NCBI GenBank assembly: GCA_001792535.1
Contig: MGGS01000014.1
Location: 1-62,999, forward strand
Source: Candidatus Woesebacteria bacterium RIFCSPHIGHO2_02_FULL_42_20
GTDB taxonomy: Bacteria > Patescibacteriota > Microgenomatia > UBA8517
Direction: 5' to 3'
Length of the DNA: 62,999 nt
Shown piece by piece: positions 10,136-18,539 of this stretch. A program made the position numbers and the translations under genes. Position 1 is the stretch's first letter, and each line of letters begins with the position of its first letter. Under the pieces are notes generated by a model. That model searched no databases. It saw nothing but the letters and a program-made list of their open reading frames with translations, and was not told the origin of the DNA.

Positions 10136-10815
10136 TTTTGACAAACAGCAAAAACAACAGAATTTACTACACTTGGCGAATCTACTTCTGAGGAGCGAGA
10201 TCTGGAAGAAGGTATCCACTCCCTTTCTTCTCTTATAAAATATTCCAAGAGTAGTATTTTAAAACCACCAAGTAGCTGCTTCAGGTGTTTTTCATCGTAC
10301 ACCCGGTAAGACTTCGTTATCCTCCACTTTCCATATGGAACTGTGAGGATAAACTTGCCTTTAGGCTTTAATATTCGAATTATCTCTTCAACTGCTTTTT
10401 TGTCGCCATCTATATCTTTTTTTGTTTTTTCATAAAAACCCAAGCCAATATGTTCAACTGTAGATACCGCAATTACCGTATTAAAAAAATTCTTCTTGAA
10501 ATTAGTCTTCCGAATGTCCCCTGTCACAAACTTCAAATTCCTGTGACTATAAGGATAAGGTTCGATGTCTATGCCGTAGGTTTTGTACCCAAGACTCGCA
10601 AGTGTAAGAACTAAGTTACTGTAACGGCACCCCACATCAAGCACCACTTTTCCCCCGCCGGGAATATGTCTAACTACCCATGCATATTCTATGATTCGCT
10701 CTGAAACTACATCCTGATAAAAAATGTTTCTTATTTCCTCTTTCAGGCCGAATTCCGGCAATCGTGAAATAAAATCAACGCCTGAATGCACAAATTTTTT
10801 TAGAATAGTATTCAT
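10132..10815 (-). CDS. class I SAM-dependent methyltransferase
   Basis: 227 aa with VLDVGCRYSNL..GIDIEP, STVEHIG and LKPKGKFILTVP. Confidence 0.8.
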   Translation of the reverse strand: MNTILKKFVHSGVDFISRLPEFGLKEEIRNIFYQDVVSERIIEYAWVVRHIPGGGKVVLDVGCRYSNLVLTLASLGYKTYGIDIEPYPYSHRNLKFVTGDIRKTNFKKNFFNTVIAVSTVEHIGLGFYEKTKKDIDGDKKAVEEIIRILKPKGKFILTVPYGKWRITKSYRVYDEKHLKQLLGGFKILLLEYFIREEREWIPSSRSRSSEVDSPSVVNSVVFAVCQK

Positions 10816-11865
10816 TTAACTCGCAAAAACTTCGTGAGCAATTTTGTGGGTTGGGAGAACCTGATTCTTCACGACTTGTAATACATTTCCCTTAATCATC
10901 ACCCTGTTAAAAATGTATTTATCCGATGACTTTCTGATTTCGGCCACCTTTCTCCTTTCTCCAAGGATATATCCGATATTGCCCAAAATCCAGAGCCAAG
11001 CCTTAAGGAATCCTTTCAACGGGAGAGTGTTTCTTTTAAGAATTAGGTGCTTGACCGCGCGGAGCAAATAGATAACAAAAATCCAGGGTAAGTAGTGAAG
11101 CAGGTTAACAAACTGATAGTTTTTAATAAAAACAGCAGGCATTTTGTTAAAATAATACTCTGCTTTAATTGTTGATATCGGCCTTGCAGCTTGAGGCTTC
11201 CCTCCCCAATGGTAAGTTACAGCCTGGGGTACACAAACCGACCTGAACCCTGCTATCCATATTCTCCAACCCAGATCAATGTCGTCAACTTTGTGTCCCA
11301 ATTTTTCATCGAATCCACCGATTTTGTCCAGAATAGCTTTCCTTACGATTGTACCCACTGATCCAATAACTACATTGGCAATTGAATCATCTGCTTCATT
11401 TATTGTCAGGCCGTAATTTCTCATTACAACCCACCCAGTATGGGGAATAAGAAGCATCCCATCGGCTTGAATATATGCTTTTCGCTTTAAGTCAAAAACC
11501 CTGCTGTGACAGGCACCGATTCCTGGTTTTTTTTCAAGTACTCTAACCATTTGACTTATCCATAGAGGGGAAGCTTCCATGTCCGTCTCAAAAAAAACAA
11601 CGTACTTACCTTCGGAATTTTTTACACCAACGTTACGCGTAATAGAAGGGCCGCTGTTCTTTTCGTTAAACAAAACCTTCAGATTTTTGTATTTCCGGGA
11701 AAAACCCAATAATACTTCTCTCGCGCCATCGGTCGACCCGTCGTCAACAATAATAACTTCATAATTTGCGTACCGGGTCGCCACTATGGATTTTAGACAA
11801 GAGCTTATTAGCTCCTTCCTGTTATAGTTTGGGATAACAATCGATACAAGAGGAACGTTTCCCAT
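10816..11865 (-). CDS. glycosyltransferase family 2 (membrane-anchored)
   Basis: 349 aa with VSIVIPNYNR, IIVDDGSTDG, an ETDMEA acidic motif, IGGFDEKL and C-terminal hydrophobic helices. It is a clear paralog of 14421-15419. Confidence 0.85.
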   Translation of the reverse strand: MGNVPLVSIVIPNYNRKELISSCLKSIVATRYANYEVIIVDDGSTDGAREVLLGFSRKYKNLKVLFNEKNSGPSITRNVGVKNSEGKYVVFFETDMEASPLWISQMVRVLEKKPGIGACHSRVFDLKRKAYIQADGMLLIPHTGWVVMRNYGLTINEADDSIANVVIGSVGTIVRKAILDKIGGFDEKLGHKVDDIDLGWRIWIAGFRSVCVPQAVTYHWGGKPQAARPISTIKAEYYFNKMPAVFIKNYQFVNLLHYLPWIFVIYLLRAVKHLILKRNTLPLKGFLKAWLWILGNIGYILGERRKVAEIRKSSDKYIFNRVMIKGNVLQVVKNQVLPTHKIAHEVFAS

Positions 11866-11866
11866 T

Positions 11867-12538
11867 TCAATTATCCTTCCAGCAAAACATATAAATTGCC
11901 CATTCAGGCTTTAGAGCAAGCATGGGCCAAAAAATAAATGATACTAGAGAAAATATATAACTGATAGGCCCCAATTTTCTAACTCGGTTTCCATAACCGT
12001 AAAGAATTCTCGCACCTTGTCCCCAAACTTTATAACCTTTTTCTTTGAAGTCTCTCGGATACCAGGCCGACAAGTGTTTTTGATAAGGGTTGCCATCATA
12101 CGGGTCTTGGGGCAACCCACCCACAGGAATAATAAAAATAATCCTTCTTTTGGCTATATTTTCCAAATTAGCAATCAGTTTTAAGCCTTCCCTTCTAGTC
12201 AAGTGTTCAATTACTTGTGAACACAAAACAATGTCAAACCTACCAATGCTTTCATCTAGGTTTTTAATGTCTTTTTTTACCAATCTTTTATAAATTTTTC
12301 TTGTCTTTGCTTTCTTTAAATAAGGTTCAAAAATATCTACCCCGGTCGGGATTTTATTTTCTTTGGAATTTTTAATAATAAATTCCATAAAAGCGCCATC
12401 AGCACAACCGACATCAAGTATAGTCTCGCCATGACCCCTGACCAGCCTCATAACCAATCCATAGTGGGTAAAGGGCAAAATCGCGTATATCGGGGCAAAA
12501 AAGGCATCTACTTTTTTAAGTATTGGTCTCCAGTCCAT
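11867..12538 (-). CDS. class I SAM-dependent methyltransferase
   Basis: 223 aa with ILDVGCADGAF and QVIEHLT. It is a paralog of 15412-16062; both share the HLT..G..L..I..R.II..P and GY.V.G.GAR strings. Confidence 0.8.
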   Translation of the reverse strand: MDWRPILKKVDAFFAPIYAILPFTHYGLVMRLVRGHGETILDVGCADGAFMEFIIKNSKENKIPTGVDIFEPYLKKAKTRKIYKRLVKKDIKNLDESIGRFDIVLCSQVIEHLTRREGLKLIANLENIAKRRIIFIIPVGGLPQDPYDGNPYQKHLSAWYPRDFKEKGYKVWGQGARILYGYGNRVRKLGPISYIFSLVSFIFWPMLALKPEWAIYMFCWKDN

Positions 12539-12540
12539 AA

Positions 12541-14424
12541 CTATCTAGTTAACCAAAATTTAGATTCTTTACTGATTTCCGACCAAATATTTACCATATC
12601 CTTATAAGGGCTAATGTCCATATGCCTCGAGTCTTTATCAATAAACCTTCTCATCAAAGCCTTTAACATAACGAAAGAAATCGACTCAGCAAGTAAATCT
12701 TTGTTAATTTTTTTGGTATCACAAAAATAACCCCAGATTGTTTTCATTATCTTTGAGTAAACTCCAACGCCCTTTAAGTTCTCTCTAAAATAATCCCAGC
12801 TTTCCCGTCTACTATTATTAATAATAAAAAAAATAAAATCAAAAAAAGGATCTTTTTCTTTCTCAAAAAACTCCCAGTCGATAACATAAATTTTTTTGTT
12901 GTCAATTATTATGTTTGTTTTTACAAAGTCCCCGTGACTGGCCACTTTTTTTATTTTTGTTTCCCCCATTTTCTTTGTGAATAATGCCAGATCCGAAGCA
13001 ACAATTTTTTCAACCTTATCTGTAAAATTTTGTGATCTTAAAAAACCTACTGCGTTTGACATCTCTTTCTCAAATATTCGGGAATCGACTAGCCCGCTTT
13101 CGGTCTTTGTCTGAAACTCAAGTAACCAGCTAACCGCAAGCTCATTGTCTTCAAGACTCAATGATCTACATGTGTGACCCTTAAGGTAAGGCTCAAGAAA
13201 CACATCCCTATCTCCCACCTTAGTCTTCTTGATATTCATCCCATTCCATTTGGCAACTAGAGCTTCCTCCCTAACAAGACTTTCCTGGAACTGTGAAAAA
13301 CGGGCAAACTTAACTACACTCTTGGCTTGCCCGTTTTCAAGTAAAAAATAGTTTATTTTAGAGGTTAACCCATGTGTACCACTTCTTCTTAAAAAACTTG
13401 TTTGCTTTTTACCCAGGCTCAAAACCCGACTTTCAAACAAATCTTTTTTGCTTCCACCTTCTTTATTTGCGTAAATTAAAAAACTCGGTGCAAATATCGG
13501 GAAAAACACTCTTAGTAACCTTGGCCGAAATAGTAATGCTAGCTTTGTCGCAATTTTGCTGGTTATCGTCACGCTGAAATCATGCATTCGCAAAAAATTC
13601 AACAAAAAAGAAAAACTCTCCCCGTCCATTGGTCCTGCCTCACTTGGACTGTTGTAATTAAGGGTCCAATAAATTTTAAAACCGAAAAATCCCGCTTCTT
13701 TCATAATATTTTGATAACCCCAGTAAGAGTAGGTATAAGTTCGATAATCGGACCAATCCAAGCCCATCCTCTTTGTATCTTCATATTTTCCCCCCGTATT
13801 TCTAAACTTTCTGACTAAAACACTTGCCAACCTCCTCGGCATTAAACTTGTGAAAGGAAGCCCACTATGATCAATTGCTCCAAAAAAGAAAAAAAAGGCA
13901 AATCTGTTCTCAATTCCGATATATAACACTCCCCCAGGTTTTAATACTCTTTTCACTTCTTGAAGAAACTTTATCTGAAGTTCTTTCGGATTTTTATTGA
14001 AATCCGAAAGGCCAATCCATTCTAGTACTCCGTTGACTACGACTAAGTCGAAAAAGTTATCAGGAAACGGTAAGGTTAACCAGTCGGACTGAATAAATTT
14101 TATATTTGTCCGACCCTCTTGCTTCGCCCGAACTTTTTGAAACTCAAGGCGCTCTTTTACCAACTCAAGAGAATAAACATCGTCAAACTGGTAAGAGAGA
14201 GAAATTGAATTGGCACCCCATCCGCTACCAATATCCAGAGCCTTATCCCTGCCTTTCAAATTCAGGCAGTCAAAAAGCCAATCTGCCCGATCATAAGCTA
14301 AAATATACTCGTTTAGTCTATTCACTCCTAAAAAATTTGCGGCATTCTGGTAACCAATTCTTTTGGCGACTTCAACAATTTGCCGCGCTTTATCTTGTGG
14401 AATTTCTCCCCAATAATAACTCAT
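12541..14424 (-). CDS. bifunctional SAM-methyltransferase / APH-type kinase fusion (WbdD-like architecture)
   Basis: 627 aa. Residues ~55-175 form a methyltransferase (ALDIGSGWGANS, VVNGVLEWIG, LKPGGVLYIGIE). Residues ~340-560 form a kinase-like fold with the HGDFVKTN catalytic loop (nt 12913-12936) and IDWE (nt 12871-12882). Confidence 0.7.
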   Translation of the reverse strand: MSYYWGEIPQDKARQIVEVAKRIGYQNAANFLGVNRLNEYILAYDRADWLFDCLNLKGRDKALDIGSGWGANSISLSYQFDDVYSLELVKERLEFQKVRAKQEGRTNIKFIQSDWLTLPFPDNFFDLVVVNGVLEWIGLSDFNKNPKELQIKFLQEVKRVLKPGGVLYIGIENRFAFFFFFGAIDHSGLPFTSLMPRRLASVLVRKFRNTGGKYEDTKRMGLDWSDYRTYTYSYWGYQNIMKEAGFFGFKIYWTLNYNSPSEAGPMDGESFSFLLNFLRMHDFSVTITSKIATKLALLFRPRLLRVFFPIFAPSFLIYANKEGGSKKDLFESRVLSLGKKQTSFLRRSGTHGLTSKINYFLLENGQAKSVVKFARFSQFQESLVREEALVAKWNGMNIKKTKVGDRDVFLEPYLKGHTCRSLSLEDNELAVSWLLEFQTKTESGLVDSRIFEKEMSNAVGFLRSQNFTDKVEKIVASDLALFTKKMGETKIKKVASHGDFVKTNIIIDNKKIYVIDWEFFEKEKDPFFDFIFFIINNSRRESWDYFRENLKGVGVYSKIMKTIWGYFCDTKKINKDLLAESISFVMLKALMRRFIDKDSRHMDISPYKDMVNIWSEISKESKFWLTR

Positions 14425-15419
14425 TGGTAGTACCTTCTGTAAATAGTTACAAGACTTTCCTTAGTCATTACTTTCTCATAAATGTAGCCATCATTAACAA
14501 CTCTTAAAGATTGTACAAATTTTCTTCGCTTTAGTGTATCTCGGAAATTAGCGATATTCCATATTACCGCTTTAATAAATTGACTAAATGCGCTAAATTC
14601 TTTGTCTCGAACAACAACAACGACACCCCTTGCAAACAAAATCAAAAATGCCATTGGCAAATATTTGATTAAACTTTTTAATTCATAATTCTTGATTAAG
14701 GTCCTAAAAGTATTTTTATTTATATGAAAATATACAAAACTTTTCGTTGCATTCATCAGTCTTGCACGTTCTTCGTAACCTTTAGACTTATGATAAACGA
14801 CAGAGGCAGGAACATATATTATTTTCCATCCTCCAATCCAGATCCTCCACGAAAAATCCAAATCCTCGGTGTGAACAGCCAGTTTTTCATCGAAACCACC
14901 AATTTTTTCAATTACTCCTTTCCTCACGGCCATACAAGCAGATATTGAAATCACTTCGCGTGTCTTTTCTCCTTTTAAGGCAATACCCCAACCTGTATGG
15001 GGAATCAAAAGCAGCCCCGCTGTAGTAATCCTGCTTTTATCTTGAAGCATTGGCATCTTGGGACACGTCGCACCCACGGCTGTGTTTTCAAAAGGCTTCA
15101 AGAGCTCGTTGAGCCACCACGTTTCAACTTCCGTATCGTTATCCAAAAAAACAATTATTTCACCTATTGCCACCTTAATGGCACGGTTTCTGCTTGCCGC
15201 AGCCCCGATATTCATTTTGTTTCTCAAAAGCTTAATCTTCTTAAATTTTTTTAAATATAATTTAATTACTTTCAGGCTTTCGTCGTATGACCCGTCATCT
15301 ACTAAGATAACTTCAAATTTCTGATACTTAGTCTTCATAAGGCTGGACAAACAAAGAGGCAAATACTTCTCACCGTTATAATTTGCAATAATAATGGAAA
15401 CCTGTGGTTGTTTATTCAT
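14421..15419 (-). CDS. glycosyltransferase family 2 (membrane-anchored)
   Basis: About 332 aa with VSIIIANYNG, ILVDDGSYDES, LDNDTE and IGGFDEKL. The track start at 15422 is TTG; an ATG follows immediately at 15417-15419. Confidence 0.85.
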   Translation of the reverse strand: MNKQPQVSIIIANYNGEKYLPLCLSSLMKTKYQKFEVILVDDGSYDESLKVIKLYLKKFKKIKLLRNKMNIGAAASRNRAIKVAIGEIIVFLDNDTEVETWWLNELLKPFENTAVGATCPKMPMLQDKSRITTAGLLLIPHTGWGIALKGEKTREVISISACMAVRKGVIEKIGGFDEKLAVHTEDLDFSWRIWIGGWKIIYVPASVVYHKSKGYEERARLMNATKSFVYFHINKNTFRTLIKNYELKSLIKYLPMAFLILFARGVVVVVRDKEFSAFSQFIKAVIWNIANFRDTLKRRKFVQSLRVVNDGYIYEKVMTKESLVTIYRRYYQ

Positions 15420-16062
15420 CAAAATCTTTCACGGCAACTAAGTAGCCTGCAATCCGGGGGAAAAAATATGAAATCGGGGTGAGAATATACTGTAAAGCAA
15501 AATAAAACTTTACCTGCCAGAGAGCTCTCGGCGGATAGACCCTGGCACCAAAACCATAAACCCTATAACCGAAACGCTTAAAATCATCTGCTCCCCACTT
15601 TGAGTGGTGGGAGTCGCTTTTGACAAACTCCGGCTGACTATGTTTCATCATGTTCGGACAGACAATAATCGACCGGCCCCGGCAAATCTTATCAAGATCG
15701 CCTAAAAACTTTTCTCCGTTTTTTTTAGTAAGATGAGATATCACTTCAACTGCAAGAATCAAGTCTACGCTTGACTTGACAAAGGGCATTTTATCTAAAC
15801 TCGCAACTACATACTCGTCGTAGACGCGATTTTTTTTAGCGATTGTCAAATATTCATCAGAAACATCAACACCTATCATTTTTGCCTTTGATGTATCCCT
15901 GGTCGCACGTATCAAAAACCCATATACCCCTTTTCCGCAACCGACATCAACAACAACCTTAGCGAACAAATCATGAGGAATAAAATTAAATACAATCGGG
16001 TGGTGGAAAAAAGGTGATATTCCCGCCCACTTAAACTTATTTATTCTTGAACTTTTATTCAT
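15412..16062 (-). CDS. class I SAM-dependent methyltransferase
   Basis: 216 aa with VVDVGCGKGVYG and VEVISHLT. It has an ATGA overlap with the upstream gene. Confidence 0.8.
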   Translation of the reverse strand: MNKSSRINKFKWAGISPFFHHPIVFNFIPHDLFAKVVVDVGCGKGVYGFLIRATRDTSKAKMIGVDVSDEYLTIAKKNRVYDEYVVASLDKMPFVKSSVDLILAVEVISHLTKKNGEKFLGDLDKICRGRSIIVCPNMMKHSQPEFVKSDSHHSKWGADDFKRFGYRVYGFGARVYPPRALWQVKFYFALQYILTPISYFFPRIAGYLVAVKDFDE

Positions 16063-18539
16063 TGCGCTTTAACTGCCAATTCTTCAAGCTTACCATTTCT
16101 GAAATCTTCTGATTTATCAACCAGTCTATAATTTTTTACTTCAAATATATAGATTAATTCTTTGGGGGTATTATACTTTTTTATATAATCTCGAAAGTCC
16201 TCTTTCTTGAAAGTAAACATATACCCTATATCGGAGATTCTCTTAAATCTAGGATATTCAACCCAAATTTTATAAGTAGAACTAAAATCGATCGTTGCAC
16301 CAACTATTTGAGATGACTTTTCGTCCTTTGGCAAAAAAAGAAAGAGAGCGTTGCGTGATCGATCTTTCTCATTATAATTCGGGATGTCTGGCACCAAATT
16401 TATAAAATCAGACCAAACCTGCCTTACTGCAACCGCAGGGTGTTTCTTGTAATTTTCTTCTATGAAAATCCGTGACGAGTGAATATGGACTAGAGTGAAG
16501 AGTGAAAATACAATGTACGCACTATACTTTAAAGTTTTTGCAGCGTGTGATTTTAATACCAATGTCAGAATGCATGACCAAAAAACTGCGACACTAATCA
16601 TGTTGCTTACCAGGTACCGATTAAATATCCCGAAATATGTCAAGGGGAAGTAAATTTGTGATATTAGCGAAAGAGAGGGGATGGTCAAAACCCCAAGTAA
16701 AGCAAATAATCTAAGCTTACGCGTGCCTGAAAACGCAAAACCAATAAATACCGACAGTATAATTGCACCAAGCGACGAAAGGGTATACAAATAATAATCA
16801 TTTAGGTTCAAAGGGTTTAATTTCCTAGCCAAAAATATCACTAACCAAAAGATTGCATAAAAACCAAATGAGATAATTAAAAATCCTTTTCTAGATTTTT
16901 GTTTCATTAGTAAACTAAGACTTGAAAAAGTCCCAATGGCAAAAGCTGCAAGAGTAATAAAATACATAATAAAAATATTGGTACCGCTCGCGAATCTGCC
17001 TAGCAGCGGCATTACAAAATCTTTCTGAACTAAAGTGTCGGGAAGAAACATTTTTGCGGTAGTTGCCAAGGGATTAATTAAAAAATCAAAATTGCTTAAG
17101 TTTATAGCCTGACGAATTTCCCCAACTGCTTTAGTGACTCTAAAAGTATTATCCACGGAAGTACCAAAAAAATGAAATTTATAAAATATAAACTGTAACA
17201 GAATTAAAAGTGTTGAAACAAGCAACAAGTGCTTAAATTTTGCTTTTAAAAAAACCACAGATAAAAATAGGTATGCAATACCAACAATAATCAGTGTGTT
17301 CATTCGGTTCGGCATTAAAATTACACTTAAAGTAAATGTAGAGGTAAGAATAAGGATTTTTAGCAAACTAATTTCTCTTTTCTCCGCGACCAACAATAGT
17401 GTAGCTAAAAATATAGCGGCAAGACCTATCGATAAGTAAGCAGGAGAATTAAATACCCAATCAGTTGTTTGAAGGCCTGTTGAAAGCACAGAAAACAATA
17501 GAGATGCCAAGAAAGCAACAATTCGGCTTCCTGTACCGAAATAGACAAATGAAAAAATTCCTAAAGCGGCAAAAAGTCTTAGAACCATTGATGTTCCATA
17601 GAAGGCAAGAAAATTTTCACGACCGAAAAGATTAATTACAACACGCATAAAAAAGGTGTTCGAGCCGTAAGATCCTGCAAAACTTTCCCAAAAACCCTGG
17701 TATTCTGGTTTCGTTGCAAACCCAACAAATCCCCAATCATCGCCGAAAAGTCCCATATCAAGCGTTTTCCTGAAAACCAAAAATATAATCAGGCCACAAA
17801 CTAATCCAGATACCAGAAAGCCGATAATCCCGATTTTGTGATAAGAAAGACCTTCTTTAAAAATCTTTTTAAAAAATGACCAACCGTCTCTCAAAATCCT
17901 CGATTTTGCCACACCTTTTTCTCTTGCAGGTTCGAAGGTTGGTATCTCAACTACACGATAACCCAACCTTAAAGCGCTTGAGATCAACTCTATCTCGATA
18001 GCATACCCCTCCGGATGGAAAATAAACCGATCATATACATCCCGCCTAAAAACCTTAAACCCGTTTATTGCATCGGTCAGCTTCGTACCAAAGAATAGGT
18101 TAACAAACTTGTTAAGAACAATTCCCCCAAACTTTCTGATATGAGTTTCGTCCGCACTGCCACCGGTAATTCTCGATCCCACAACTAAACCGACTTCATT
18201 GTCTGCCATGCATTTAAGAAGCTTGCTGATGTCTCCTGGCATATGAGACATGTCCGCATCCATCATCACCAATATTTCACCCTTACTTGCAGCAAATCCA
18301 TCAAGCAAAGCTTGTGATTTGCTGGGTTTTGAATATTTTTTTTCGATACAGACAGCCCCAAGCCCTCTTACAACTTTTGCGGAATCGTCGCTGCAATTAT
18401 TACAATTTACGATAATTTCAAAACTAAAATTTTTTATTTTACTCGTCGCAGCTTTTATCTGTGGCAGAAGTAACCTAAGATTTTCGGCCTCGTCATAAGC
18501 TGGGATAATAATACTAACTAATCTTTCGTTTCTTTTCAT
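16059..18539 (-). CDS. Dpm1/GtrB-type GT2 fused to a large polytopic membrane domain
   Basis: 826 aa. Residues 1-~230 are a GT2 domain (VSIIIPAYDEAENL, SKSQALLDGFAASKGEILVMMDADMSH). About 470 aa follow with at least 12 hydrophobic segments, then a ~125-aa soluble tail. Confidence 0.7.
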   Translation of the reverse strand: MKRNERLVSIIIPAYDEAENLRLLLPQIKAATSKIKNFSFEIIVNCNNCSDDSAKVVRGLGAVCIEKKYSKPSKSQALLDGFAASKGEILVMMDADMSHMPGDISKLLKCMADNEVGLVVGSRITGGSADETHIRKFGGIVLNKFVNLFFGTKLTDAINGFKVFRRDVYDRFIFHPEGYAIEIELISSALRLGYRVVEIPTFEPAREKGVAKSRILRDGWSFFKKIFKEGLSYHKIGIIGFLVSGLVCGLIIFLVFRKTLDMGLFGDDWGFVGFATKPEYQGFWESFAGSYGSNTFFMRVVINLFGRENFLAFYGTSMVLRLFAALGIFSFVYFGTGSRIVAFLASLLFSVLSTGLQTTDWVFNSPAYLSIGLAAIFLATLLLVAEKREISLLKILILTSTFTLSVILMPNRMNTLIIVGIAYLFLSVVFLKAKFKHLLLVSTLLILLQFIFYKFHFFGTSVDNTFRVTKAVGEIRQAINLSNFDFLINPLATTAKMFLPDTLVQKDFVMPLLGRFASGTNIFIMYFITLAAFAIGTFSSLSLLMKQKSRKGFLIISFGFYAIFWLVIFLARKLNPLNLNDYYLYTLSSLGAIILSVFIGFAFSGTRKLRLFALLGVLTIPSLSLISQIYFPLTYFGIFNRYLVSNMISVAVFWSCILTLVLKSHAAKTLKYSAYIVFSLFTLVHIHSSRIFIEENYKKHPAVAVRQVWSDFINLVPDIPNYNEKDRSRNALFLFLPKDEKSSQIVGATIDFSSTYKIWVEYPRFKRISDIGYMFTFKKEDFRDYIKKYNTPKELIYIFEVKNYRLVDKSEDFRNGKLEELAVKAQ

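Noticed and set aside
9227-10219. The long version of the methyltransferase ORF, which starts at 10219 with a Cys-rich MDTFFQISLLRSRFAKCSKFCCFCC extension.
   Set aside because: The extension overlaps the upstream methyltransferase gene by 88 nt. An ATG at 10133-10135 gives the ATGA coupling seen throughout the locus and a sensible zinc-ribbon N-terminus.
14106-14507. A 133-aa plus-strand ORF. Similar antisense ORFs occur at 55315-55770, 22113-22445, 32207-32518, 34034-34348, 43858-44181, 53141-53452, 39601-39888 and elsewhere.
   Set aside because: All are embedded in, and opposite to or out of frame with, longer ORFs that carry conserved enzyme motifs. None has a plausible start context or a domain signature.
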